The notes under the pieces are model-generated. The model searched no databases, was not told the origin of the DNA, and saw only the letters and a program-made list of their open reading frames with translations. From the NCBI GenBank assembly GCA_013265495.1, contig MU058844.1:1804941-1868940 (forward strand): a stretch of DNA of 64,000 nucleotides, in the 5' to 3' direction. A program made the position numbers and the translations under genes. The stretch is from Vicugna vicugna. Taxonomy: Eukaryota. Below, piece by piece: positions 1 to 11,934 of this stretch; positions within the stretch are counted from its first letter, which is position 1, and the number at the start of each line of letters is the position of its first letter.

Positions 1-120
1 TTTATAATTTTGCCTAGGAGCAAAACTGGAGCTGTGGCCTGAATTATCTGAAAAAAAATTGGTGCAAGGCCAGTACTGTAATAATCTTGGATGCCTGGAC
101 TCCATTACTATGAGCCAAAA

Positions 121-836
121 ATTAAAACCACAATAAAACACCTAAAAATGGATTAAAAAAACCCAACTATCTAATGTTGGCAGGAATGTGGAGCAACCAG
201 AACTCTCAAATATTGTCATGGAAGTACAAAAATGATATACCTACTTGGGAAAAAATTTAGTAGTTTCTTATAAAATTAAATATTCTTCTATCCTATGGCC
301 TAGGAATTCTCCCAGGTACTGATCCAAGAAGAATGAAGATATATCCACAAAACTCTTTGAGCAGTAACATCTATGGTGGTTTTATTCATAACATCCCAAA
401 AGCTAGAAATAGCTCAGGTACCCATCAATGAGAGAACAGACTTTTAAAAAAGCCTGCGTCATATTCCTACATCTAACACTCCCTCCACACTCCCTCCCCC
501 TCAGTAATAAAAAGGACTATACTATTGATACACAAAAACATAGGTGAATTTCAAAAATATCCTCAGTGAAAGAAACCAGACACTAGGGAATACATACTTT
601 ATGATTCTATATACATTTCTACAGCAGGCAAAACTCAAGTATGATAAAAGACATCAGAACGACTGGTTTTTGAGGGACAGGAATTCACTGGGAAGTGTCA
701 CAAGGGCACTCCCTGGAGTGACAGAAAATATTCCACTTCTTGATAGAGGCATGGAGTATATATTTGTCAAAATTAATTGAACTATATAGTTCAGATTTGT
801 ACATTTCACCATTTGCAAATCCTGCCTCAATAAAAA
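121..836 (+). mobile_element. Ancient LINE-1 3' end (L1MC/L1ME-type), heavily diverged
   Basis: Ordered L1M 3' motifs: 'aatgttggcaggaatgtggagcaaccagaactctca', 'ggtgaatttcaaaaatatcctcagtgaaagaaaccagacac', ending 'tgtacatttcacc...cctcaataaaaa'. Confidence 0.8.
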
Positions 837-868
837 CACAAGTAATACATTAAAAAACCTCTGCTTTA

Positions 869-876
869 CTGTGGTG

Positions 877-910
<34 letters not shown>

Positions 911-1381
911 GGAATACTACTCTGCCATAAAAAATAATGCCATTTGCAGCAAGATGGATGGATGTAGAGACTGTCATTCCAAGTGAAGTAAGCCACAAAG
1001 AGTAAGAAAAATATTGTATGATATCACTCATATGTGGTATCTAGGGGAAAAAAAAGGGCCACTAATGAACTCATCTACAAAACAGAAACAGACTCGCAGA
1101 CTTAGTAAACAATCTTACGGTTCCCAGGGAAAGGGGGAGGGAGGGGATAAATTTGGGAGTTTGAGATTTACAAATGTTAGCCACTATACATAAAAATAGA
1201 TTTTTAAAAAAGTTTCTTTTGTATAGCACAGGGAACTATGTTCAATATCTTGTAATAACCTTAAATGGAAAAAATATGAGAACAAATATATGTATGTATA
1301 CGCATGACTGGGATATTGCACTGTACACCAGATATAGGCACATTGTAATTGACAGTATTAAAAAAAAAACAAAAAAACCCC
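869..1381 (+). mobile_element. Young 5'-truncated LINE-1 3' end (camelid-like) with poly(A) tail and 14-bp TSD
   Basis: L1 3' motifs 'caatggaatactactctgccataaaa' and 'tgtatagcacagggaactatgttcaatatcttgtaataacc'; A-rich tail at about 1359-1377; identical flanks AAACCTCTGCTTTA at 855-868 and 1382-1395. Confidence 0.92.
880..908. repeat. (CA)n microsatellite inside the L1
   Basis: Uninterrupted AC dinucleotide run read directly. Confidence 0.95.
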
Positions 1382-1951
1382 AAACCTCTGCTTTAAAAAA
1401 TCAAGCATAAAATTCCGAGCATTGAAAGAACTATACACATTCTGGCAAACAGTAGCCTAGGTTTGAGCTGCTGAAGGAGCCTCAACTCTGCCCAGGCATC
1501 GAGACCTTCTCTAGCCAAGGCTGAGAAGACTAGGAAGTGCTGAGAATGAATTTTTGACTCTTCTTTCTGTGAACCTGGAATTCATGTGGGATTTTATTTT
1601 GAATTCAATGCCACTGATTGCTAGAATCCAACTTGTAACTTCATTTAAATTTTAACTTCTTTCTGAAAATTTGATAATGTTGGCGTGTTTATATTCACAT
1701 TGTTGTGATTTTTTTAAACTAGAGAATCTTTATGCCTTTTTATTATATGAGAATTCTAATGTTGTCTTGTAATTTTATGGAAGAACCTCTGTCATGCTAC
1801 ACTAGACAATATAGCTGGACATAATTTGGGATGGAAAAAGAATAGGGAGTAAAATATCAGCCTTATGTACAGAACCTTCTGGTCAAACTTTGCACTGCCC
1901 ACCGAAGTCCCACCAGGACACTCCAAGCGAGGAGGGTTTCCAGTCTACAAC

Positions 1952-2409
1952 TGTGGTGACTGGCTTAAAGATCAGTTTGGGCTGAAGGCATTTGAGAAAT
2001 AGCAACTGCAAGAAGGGTTATTTGACCTTCCCTTTTCTTCCTGAAAATAGGAGATAAAATTCCCAAGTGAGAGATGTCTTCCCTATACCAGGAAGGAAGA
2101 AATATTCTTATCACCAAGATAGGGTGTCAGGATGAGAGAATGCTGTACAGACCGAACTTGTAAAAATAACTCTTACTTTCCTTTAGCTTCCTCATATATT
2201 TTAGTTATTTTCCTCAATTGTCTCTGTTCAACTTAATATGGAAGCATTTAGGTTTTGCCACCTCTTTGGGTCTTCATTTTCCTATGGGGGCCCCCATGTA
2301 CATGTAAAAATCTGCATGCATTTCTCCTATTTATATGTCTATATCAATTTAATTTTCAAGCTCAGCAGAGATCCTGAGAGAGTAAAGGTAAAGTTTTGCC
2401 TCCCCTACG
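1952..2409 (+). mobile_element. Solo ERV1-class LTR, MER34-like
   Basis: Starts TGTGG; internal 'ctgaaggcatttgaga...ccctataccaggaaggaagaaatattcttatcacc'; ends 'gttttgcctcccctac', resembling the recalled MER34 consensus. Confidence 0.7.
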
Positions 2410-2639
2410 CGCAAGGAATTCTGAGGTTCAGTTCATTAGCCCATTGGATTCGCATGTAAAGCTACATCTTCCCTCTTAGCCTTGAGCTATAAAAAAAGTT
2501 ACTTTATTCTCCATCTGCAGACTCCTGACTTATATCTCAGTTAAGAATTTGGGTAAGGTAGAGAGGTAGCTGTTTCTTAAAGGTAATGTTTAAAATCAGT
2601 ATGACTTACATTGCCCATGAAAAGAATGAGTAGACAAAA

Positions 2640-2807
2640 CAACAAGGTCCTACTGTATAGCACAGGGAACTTATATTCAATACCTTATAATGGCCTGTAA
2701 TGAAAAAGAATATGAAAAGGAATATATAAGTATATATGTGTAACTGAATCACTATGTTGTACATCTGAACTTAACACAACATTGTAAACCAACTATACTT
2801 TAATAAT
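2640..2807 (+). mobile_element. Short cetartiodactyl-type LINE-1 3' terminal fragment with 19-bp TSD
   Basis: 'aacaaggtcctactgtatagcacagggaac...aacacaacattgtaaaccaactatac'; flanks AAAGAATGAGTAGACAAAA (2621-2639) and AAAGAATGAATAGACAAAA (2808-2826), one mismatch. Confidence 0.88.
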
Positions 2808-3384
2808 AAAGAATGAATAGACAAAAACAAGCTGAGAAAGAATTCTTAAAAATATATTATTTATAAAGAATGTGAAAGAAGAAAAGGAGGCAGTGAATTA
2901 AATGGAGAGTGAGTGAGTGAGAGGCAGGAGAAGCTACAGGAGGGTAGAGAGTGAGGGCAGCAAAAGAGAAGCTTCAGCAAGATCGATGATGCAGGGGTCT
3001 AAGAGGATGACAAATGAGAAAAGCAATTCTGTTTTCCAATATCTATTCAATTACAAAATACATGGCAATCTCCAAAAAGCCTTGAAATACATTGTGTACT
3101 GCTAGAATGTAATCATTATTAGAATGCAGGTTCCTCAAGGGCTCAAGATTACGTGCCGTTCATTTCGAGTGCCAAGCCCCCAGCTGGCATTGAACAAGGT
3201 ATTTGTGAAATAAATGGTCTTCTTTTTCCTCCTCGCAATCTTGTGTAGATATTTTCCCTATTTTTACTTAATAAAGAAGAAAATGCTTGCCCAGAATCAG
3301 CAATTTAAATTAATGACAGAGCCAGATTCCTGATCATTGGTACTATGCTCTGTTCAGTGACAGTAAGACACTCACATCCCACCT

Positions 3385-3681
3385 CTCCCACCTCCTTCAC
3401 ATCTTTGTTCAAATGAACATTTCTCAGTAAGGCCAACTCTGAGGACTCCACTCAAAACTATACTTCCTTCTCTGAACATCCCCTTTGTTCTACTGCTCTC
3501 CACAGCACTTATGACCTTCTAATATGTTACAGAATTAATGTATTTGTTTTACTTTAGTTTATTGTTGATTCAGAATATGAGCTAGAGATTTTTTTCTGCT
3601 TTCTTCACAGATACATTCCAGATGCTTTTAAGAATGACTAGCACTAAGGAGGTGTTTAAAAAATTATGTGTTGAATGAATT
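3385..3681 (+). mobile_element. LINE-2 3' end (L2a-like)
   Basis: 'tccttcacatctttgttcaaatg...cacagcacttatgaccttcta...tgttgaatgaat', the typical L2 3' terminus. Confidence 0.7.
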
Positions 3682-4140
3682 AAAAGTTGCAGTTTTACAG
3701 GAAATATAAAAGAAAAGTCAAAACACACTTTTTTAGTCATAAAGCTTGAGTTTTGAAAAATAAGTAACTCTAGATTTTTTCACTTTTCAACATTATAAAA
3801 TGCCTGAACCCAGTCAATAAGTAAAAAAAAATAAATAATGGTAACCACTTCATTGTAAGTTACGTAGCACACTGAGCTATTCGGCAGAAAATGACTTTAA
3901 AACATAATATATGTTAACATATGTAAAGTGGATAGTGACTGATTTTCAAAACATTATTCATACATGTGTGACTTTAATTAGAAAGCTATAATAGATACAT
4001 TATGAATTTTCATGAAGAAAAAACCCAGCATCTGGACTTGAGATTCTACACAAAGAGAAAGCTGGGTTTCCTCTTCCTTTTCCAGAGCCCATAAAATCTA
4101 AATTTTCTTCAGTTAAAATTTTGTCAGAAACAGCAAAATA

Positions 4141-4188
4141 AAACCCTAAACTATAACCCTAAACTATATAACCCTAAACCCTAAACTA
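4141..4188. repeat. Short imperfect tandem repeat with four ACCCTAAA cores
   Basis: aaaccctaaactata-accctaaactatata-accctaa-accctaaacta read directly. Confidence 0.85.
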
Positions 4189-5059
4189 CTGCCAATATTT
4201 ACATTCATGATTACAAGCTTATAGAGGAGGACCACGGTGATTCCATAGTTTTTAAAATTTTCTAACATAACTTTAACATGATAATATTTCAATAAACCAC
4301 TAAGTTCTTGTTTTGTAACATGTATTTTTTAAAGAAATACATTTGTTGCAAATATATTTATCTAAGATGTTCATCTTTTTTGTTTTATTTTTAAAGTATT
4401 ATCAGCAGTAAACCTTCCTAGATTTGAGTTCTTTAACACTGTCTTAAAAAAAAAAACACACTACTTTAAGAAATATCTTTTTCCTCCAAAATTCATGGAA
4501 ATATTTGAAGACATCATAATTCTTTTTTAAACCCTTGTAAAGAATTTGCTTCTATGTGTAAACCGATTTTTCCATCTTGGAAATGCATATAAATGCAGTA
4601 ATTGTTTTTAAGTCACTAAAATATCCACTTAGCTTCTAGAGCACTTACAGCTTACATAATATAATAATTAATACTTGTAATTATTTCTTTAATTTATCAT
4701 CTCCCCAAGAACTCTGAAATCTCCTGGAAGACAATAAACTACTGAAATAATTTATTCTTACTCCTTTCTATTATTAAACATAAAATAAGCATTCAAAATA
4801 TATTTGGTTCAACAATTGTTAATTTGAATATTACTCATTCAATGCAAATCATTATGCATACTTAGACAAAAGTATGAGCCATTATCATTCCTTAAGCCAA
4901 GTAAATAAATAATTGTTCTAAGTAGTCAAAAAATCTTATTTTTTCCTTTTGTGGTAAATATGAGATACTTCGATCTTGCTTTTTTGTGAAAATACTGTAT
5001 GAATACCTCTAACTCTGATCATTCACATGCATTCATAGATACATACATATGTATATTCA

Positions 5060-5280
5060 ACTATTTGCTATGCATTGTGCTGGATTCTTTGGCACATTTT
5101 TCTTTTTCATTCCTTACAACACCTCTTAAAAGCATCACTGTCTTCATGTTTTAGATAAGAAAGCTGAGGCTTAGAAAAGTATGGTTAATTGTCTAAGATC
5201 TTACTGGCGGTAAAAATCAAAGTTGATATTTAAATGCAAATCTTTAGAATACAAATTCACTCATCTTTCCAAAGTAACAC
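5060..5280 (-). mobile_element. MIR SINE
   Basis: Antisense MIR core 'catgttttagataagaaagctgaggcttagaaaagtatggttaattgtctaagatc'. Confidence 0.7.
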
Positions 5281-6376
5281 AGCTGACTCATTTCATACAT
5301 ATTGTCCATTCAAATAAGTGGGTATGCTGGTGTATACTGTGCATATACCATACTAGTGCATATTATATAAGGCAGAGTAGTCGCTAAACAAAGGTAACGC
5401 CTCTAAATGAATATACAGTAATGCCCACACAGGTATAGGACTGGCTTTCTTGACTTGACATTAGGTATCTGCACCTAAAAGAAAGTTGCATTTTTGGAAA
5501 CCTTCCAATGTGGCTTCTACTTAGGACAGAAAATTGGCGATTATTCTTACAACAGGAAGGATCGGATAATCATCATCTACTCCTTAAACATTCTCTTTAA
5601 ATGTTTTTTCTCTTTTGAACTGCAGATTAGGAATAGATAAGGACCATTTGTACACACTGCTTAGCAATACAAAAAAAAATAATCTCATAGTCTAAATTCA
5701 GCTCTATACTGTTTAGGTTATTCAGTATTTGTCATGTGTTAAGCATATATTAGATATTCAAATATTTACTGGGTAGAGACTGTGTGATGATTTTTTCTGA
5801 AACTAAGACCACTAGGTCAGTTGACGGGGTCCCTACAAATCACTGTGAATTATTCTACTGATGTCAAATGAGCTTCTAACCAGGCTATTCAAGTTCAAGT
5901 TTCCTTCAGCTCTGCGGCATCTCTGATTTTATCGTACCTTCAGGAATTAGGAAAATCAACTTGAATGCTCAGTTTAATATATTTGTTCCATAAGTGGCCT
6001 CTACCATAAATGTCGAAGCTTACAAATTCTTAAACCCCTCCATACAAAACAGGATTTGTGACAGAAAATTCCAGAATTTTTGGTAAATTTTTACAAATTA
6101 CAACGGAAAATTTCCTGTGCTGGGTTTGCTCTTTTTAAGAGCATAAAAGCCACGAATGTAGGGATGCCTCTTGTTTGTTAAGCTTATAATCTTTGATTCA
6201 TCTTCAATTTTGAGAAAAGCAAGCCCTGAGGGGGGTCTGGTTTACATCACTGAAGTAAGACAATGGTTCTAATCTGCAATCTTCTATTTTGTTACCACTA
6301 TTTGAAGACTAATTTCAATTTAAACTTGCCTGTTTTCCCTTCTCTCTCAGTATAAAGCTGTTTTGATTACAGGAGG

Positions 6377-6442
6377 GCTGGAGGAGATGGTGGTGGTGTT
6401 GGTGGAGGTGGTGGTGGAGATGATGGTGGTGTGTGTGTGTGT
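6377..6442. repeat. (TGG)n low-complexity run followed by (TG)n
   Basis: Read directly; produces the poly-His stretch in ORF 6315..6569(-). Confidence 0.9.
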
Positions 6443-6479
6443 AAAGGAGGTAAGGTGGGTAGGGGAGTGGGAGGCAGCA

Positions 6480-6900
6480 TACATGGACTTTATTTGTTAA
6501 TCTGCTTATAAATCTAACAGATTTTTTAGCTGAAATTCCGCCAGTGTTAATTGTACATGCAGAATTCACGCTGGGAAAATCTCCTTGGGAGAAAAAAAGA
6601 CGAAGTGCACAGCCGGCCTGTTATGTAAGATGTTTATTTTCATCCAATCCAACCCACCATAGGCAGAACAGAAAATAGGCCAGCACTTCTGACCAGTGAC
6701 ATCACCTCATCATCAGGAGAAAGCAGGAAAGGCTGATTACCATATTGTTAGCAAAGAGGATAATTTTCTTTCACGATTGTTTCTCTTGTGGAAATCTTTA
6801 TTTCTAGAGCTAGTGATCTCATCTCCCTTTGATGTTTATTTCTTCAGATTCTGTAGTAACAGTGAAGCTACCTGGATTTCAGTTCTTGCACAATGTATGT
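6480..6900 (+). promoter_or_regulatory. Candidate cis-regulatory element or alternative promoter
   Basis: No recognisable repeat; several retained CpGs; TATAAA 6507-6512, GGGAAAATCTCC 6573-6584, TTATGTAA 6621-6628, TGTTTAT 6631-6637, CCAAT 6644-6648, TGACATCA 6697-6704. Confidence 0.35.
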
Positions 6901-7663
6901 AAACATGTATTTCAGTACTTCTTCTATAGGTCTCCAAACTTTAAAATGTTGGATCATTTTAGCAGAACATTGACACCCTAAGGAAATTGTCGGGGGAAGA
7001 GGGAGAAGCATCTTGATATTTAATTTTATGCAGTATCTTATATAGCACTGAGTAATTTGCTTTACAGAATGCCTTTTTTCTTAGACTGCGTTGCTTTGTA
7101 ATTTTTAAGTAGATGAACATCATGTTTATTTCACAAATACTAAGAATTAAGTGAACAGTTTTTAAATATGTGTTTTAAGCAGCTCATCATCTCTTTTATA
7201 ATATAGATATTTTTGCAATTTATACAGAGTGAAGTGGGTAAAGTTGTGTGTGCATGCACCTGGGTGCATGTGTGCTTCTCCTATTGATTCAAAAGTAAAA
7301 GGAAACAAAAAACATGCCCCTTTTTATTTTAGAGGTTGACTACATTACACTTAGAAAACGTACCACAATAAAACTAACCACTCTGCTTTTGCTTATGACA
7401 GGTTTGGCAAGATGTCTTTTCTCTGTTAAGGCAATCTTTAGGGTCATTCCCATTATCCACTTTTTAATACTCTGTCTATTCTTGTTTCATTCTCCCTCTA
7501 GAGGAAGTTAGTGGGTACTACGATTTAAACTTTAAAATCTAATGTATCAGCAGGCCTAATTGAAAACAATCAGGAGAATAATTTCTTGGTTTCATTTACA
7601 TTCAACTTAACTCAGTCCTAGAAGATATTATCTCAAGTAGCTCTACGTTTTTGGCATCTTTTT

Positions 7664-7982
7664 TTTTTTACATTTTTTATTGAGTTATAGTCATTTTACA
7701 ATGTTGTGTCAAATTCCAGTGTAGAGGACAATTTTTCAGTTATACATGAACATATATTCACTGTCACATTTTTTTTCACTGTGAATTACCGTAAGACCTT
7801 GTATATATTTCCCTGTGCTATACAGTAGAATCTTGTTTATCTACATTTTGAAATCCCAGTCTGTCCCTTCCCACCCCTCACCCCCTTGGAACCAAAAGTT
7901 TGTATTCTATGTCTATGAGTCTGTTTCTGTTTTGTATATATGTTCCTTTTTTTTTTAGATTCCACATATGAGCGATCTCTTA
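7664..7982 (-). mobile_element. Young 5'-truncated LINE-1 3' end (camelid-like), antisense, with 13-bp TSD
   Basis: Poly(T), then 'cattttttattgagttatagtcattttacaatgttgtgtcaaattccagtgtag...ttccctgtgctatacagta...ttagattccacatatgagcgat'; flanks TTGGCATCTTTTT at 7651-7663 and 7983-7995. Confidence 0.92.
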
Positions 7983-9206
7983 TTGGCATCTTTTTCTTAA
8001 AGCTGGAGTGTCAGTATCTTAAGGGTTTCTTTGTTTTTGTTTTCTTTGTTGTTGGTTTTTTTGGTTTTTTCATTTGTTTGCTTGTTTGTTTGTTTAATAG
8101 CAAAACCAAAATCTTAACCCTAGTGAAGAGTAGTTTCATTAGGAAAGGTGGGTGCACTGAAGAGGTTAGCATTTCAGTGTCTAATGCCATGAGTGGCATC
8201 CCATCAGTATGATTACTGTGTTCTGGGATTCACATTACATCTGCTAGGTAGTCTTTGAGGGCACTGGCTGCCACTTAATGTTGTATAAATTGAATACAGC
8301 AATTAAAAGTGTCCCCCATATCCTGCAGATATGATAGCCAAATATCAAGATTTGGACAAAAATATTCACCTTCCAACTGTAGATGAATATAGAAAAGGGC
8401 TCCTTTCTCTTCTTCCTACAGATATAGTCTGATTTGGGGAAACCTATTCTTTCTATCTATAAACTGAGAATAATTAAATCTACCTCCAGTAGTTTGAAGA
8501 TCACTATATACATTGCCTAATATGTAACTGACACGGAGAAATTTTCTTTTCTCTTCCATTTTGTAATAAAAATTCCCTGACTCAGGCTATAAAGTAAAAA
8601 CAAAAAGTTGTAAAACTTTTCAAGAGAGTCTCCTCATTTCTTGATACACTCTCTTCCATGCTCTTATTTTAAATTTCAGAGTCATGGCATGATTTTGTCT
8701 TCAAAATACTGTTGCTGTGGTCTTGCAGAAATGCCAGTGATGAGAGGGCAGCCTAGAAAGACAGAAATCTGTGATGTTTGTGTTCCATATGGGGCTGTGT
8801 TTGTGGTGGAACACAGAAAGAAAAGGAGGAATAGGTCTTACTGTTTAGACCTAGAAGATATAGTAGAGTATGATCATGTGTATTATATTTACATTTTAAA
8901 AGCCAAGAAAATTATTTATGAAACTATTTGCGGGAAGGTGGGATTATGCAGAACTTTGGGAACACTTTCTTCTCTGTACCAAATGCATGAAAATACTTCA
9001 GTAGATAATACTACACATGGTAAAATTTCATAAGGAGATAAGTAAGTCTTTCTTCCACTTCTGAACTCCAGTATCTTCGTTTCCCTCCCCTAAACAACCA
9101 CTGTATACAGTTTATTTTATCATCTTTTTTGAGATTTTCCTATGGGTGACATATAAAAATCATATAAGCATATATACGTGTATGTATGTCTATATATATA
9201 TAAATA

Positions 9207-9771
9207 AATTGATTCTTGTTATTCACAGTAGTTATATTTGTCTCTTTGAACACTAAATTAACAACAACTGTATCATTACTCCTAGGGGAAATACAGAGTT
9301 AGGTTCCTGGGAAACTGATCACAACATTGTCACCAATTGACAAAATATAACTTTGTCTTATGTGTGTTTCTATTTAAAGAAATAGAAACTTACTTATGAT
9401 TACTTATGATTTATTAACATTGAACTTACAGCCAACAGCACTATAACTCATGCCTGAACAAAACTTATCTAACATGCATATTTTCTCTGTAAAGCAATCA
9501 CAACCTTCTTGTATTGAGGAGCGCTAGACAGCACTTCAGCATTATGCTCGGGGCCATTTTAAACAGCAAAATCACCAACAAAAGGCACAAAAATGATAAA
9601 AGCCAGGCATTAAATAGACTGCAAAAGGGACACTCGTTTACAGCATGGGAGCAGAAACAAGAAGGCAGAGCACTGTCTTGTTTAACCTAGGAAATTCTGT
9701 GAAATTGATTTTGGGGTTACAAATAAATTTTAGTAAGCAGACGAATCCACGAAGATACTGAGAATTGACTG
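9207..9771 (+). mobile_element. TcMar-Tigger DNA transposon fossil, MER82-like, internally deleted
   Basis: 'attgattcttgttattcacagtagttat...cctaggggaaatacagagttaggttcc...gccaacagcactataactcatgcctgaac...gagaattgactg'; imperfect terminal inverted repeats; TA-rich flanks. Confidence 0.85.
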
Positions 9772-9930
9772 TGTGTGTGTGTATGTGCATATATATATGT
9801 GTGTGTATGTGTTGTATATGCATATATACATATATGTATAGGGTAGGAAGATACTGGTATATATGCATATATTTTCTTTATCGTAAGCAACATATTATAT
9901 ACATTTTCTGAAAACTGTTTTAAAGTATTG

Positions 9931-10144
9931 CTCAGTGTTTAATAGTGCAGACTCTTTAAGTTAGACTGTTAAGATCAAATCTTGACATTAACTTTTCCTA
10001 GCTATGTGATCTTGAGCAGGTTACCTAATCTTTCTGTGCCTCTGTTAACTCAACTGTAATATGGGAATGATAAAGGTTTCTACTTAAAGGGGTTGCTGTG
10101 AGGATCAAATAAGTTAATACGCAAAAGGCACCTGAGACATGCCT
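9931..10144 (+). mobile_element. MIR SINE, near full length
   Basis: 'ctagctatgtgatcttgagcaggttacctaatctttctgtgcctctg...ggttgctgtgaggatcaaataagttaatac'. Confidence 0.85.
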
Positions 10145-10159
10145 ATTTACTCTGTCGTC

Positions 10160-10440
10160 ATTTAAGATATATTCTGGGGATTATTCCTTATTGGTCCATA
10201 TAGTGTCTTCATTCTTTTTAAAAACAAAATAGTATTACATTGTATGGCTACACCATCATTTTTTAACCTCCTGTCTACAGATTACATTGAGATAACTTCC
10301 TATCTTTTGCTTCAATAAGAATCTTGGAACACATTTCCATGTGCATATGCGGAAACTTATCTCTAAGAAAAGGGATCGTGCAGTTTTAATTCTGATGTAT
10401 ACTGCCACATTGCTCTCCAGGATTTGTTATAACAATCATG
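10160..10440 (-). mobile_element. Ancient L1ME-type fragment, antisense (probably continuous with pieces near 9040-9140 and 9880-9920)
   Basis: 'ttcattctttttaaaaacaaaatagtattacattgtatggctacaccatcatttttttaacc...tactgccacattgctctccag'. Confidence 0.6.
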
Positions 10441-11934
10441 TATAACCAAGGGGAAAAAGCTATTTCCTTTCAATAGGGAGAAAATAATGACACTTAGTTC
10501 TTATCTTTTGTTCAAATGCAAAGAAAATTTTTTTCCTACATTAGGTTGAATAAACGATCCCTTCATTGTTTACTCTGTCAGTGTAAGTGACACTAGAATG
10601 ACATTTTATGCCACCCAGTGTTTAGGTTTACAAAGCACTAAAAGGTTTGCAAATATTTTGCAGGTTATGTGAATTCTCTCTCAGCCCACCAACACAGCAT
10701 ATTGTATCAGTCCAGTAAGATTTTACCCTTTCAGTTAAGACTAAAACTATCATTTCCTCTACTTGATGCTCCTCTTTACATTAGTCAGCCTCCAATAAAG
10801 TAACTTGATTATTACCTTATTTAGGAAATGAAATAGGAAAAGCACAATAATTGATACACATTGTGTTTTATAGACACTAGTACTGGCAGCAGAAACTTAG
10901 GGAAAAAATACCAAAACATATTTAAAAGGATTTTCTTTTTAAGGCAGAGAGCATTAAGAGCATCCACGAAAATAATTCTAACATAAAGTAGTCTTCTGGC
11001 TTCTTCAGTGTTTCCACCTTACTGCTGCCTGCCTGCCTCCAAATCATTATAGGAAAACATGATTGAATTTTTGCTTCCTTTTATAACTTCTTCAGAGAAG
11101 ATTATGTTTCACTTCTTTTATTTATTTTTTATCTTTAAGAACATTCATTAATCTCTTTACAAGCAATCACAGAGGTATCTGGAATTCTGATTATGGGCTG
11201 TGGAGACAATAACCACAAAGAACTGAGCTGAGGTACATTTTTAACAAGGGGAGGATGTCATTGGAAGCTCTCTGTGGGACTGCAAAAAGGTTCTAGAAAA
11301 TAGTCTGAGTCACTCTTATTAGGAGAGTCAGGGAGGAGAGCAGCTGTGCAAAATTAGTACCAGTATCTTCCTACCCTCCATTTTAAACTTTTCAAAAGAT
11401 TTTTTTCTGGTCAATTCTTCCTGAGAAGGGCAACCTAATCAGACATAATCTTTGCTTTTAGAGGTTACCATGGTGACTGGCCAGGACAGACTATCTTCTC
11501 TCAGCATCATAAACACATTCTGTATGGAGCTAAATAAGCCTTGTATACCATCAGGGTTTTTTCTTTGAGCGATAAAACAAATAGGAAACATAGAAATTGT
11601 TCACAGCAATCAGAAATGATATTTTCCCATATTGATTTTTTTCCTTTCTTTTTGTCCTTTTTTTAATCTGTGCTGTATCTCTTTGAAGTATACATCAAGG
11701 TAGCATACTTATTACAGGAAGCAAAAATACAGTTAATCTTAAAAAGAAAAAAATATATATGGACCAGGACAGTGAAAGACTTACCAACCACTTATGTTCT
11801 GTTGAAAGTGAAAGACAGTTTCACTCACGCAGGCTGACAATGAGACTAGTACAGACAATCAGAAGACAATTCTGTGGCTAAATGAATACAAGAGCAGTCC
11901 CTAACTGGTGGAGCAGAGGAAACAACGCACACTA

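Noticed and set aside
654..1031. 125-aa minus-strand ORF
   Set aside because: Antisense read-through of two L1 fragments and a (CA)n repeat.
6315..6569. Poly-histidine ORF on the minus strand
   Set aside because: Produced by the (TGG)n/(TG)n repeat; no domain or splice support.
8641..9033. Longest ORF in the track (130 aa)
   Set aside because: Non-ATG start, no recognisable domain and no convincing splice boundaries; consistent with chance.
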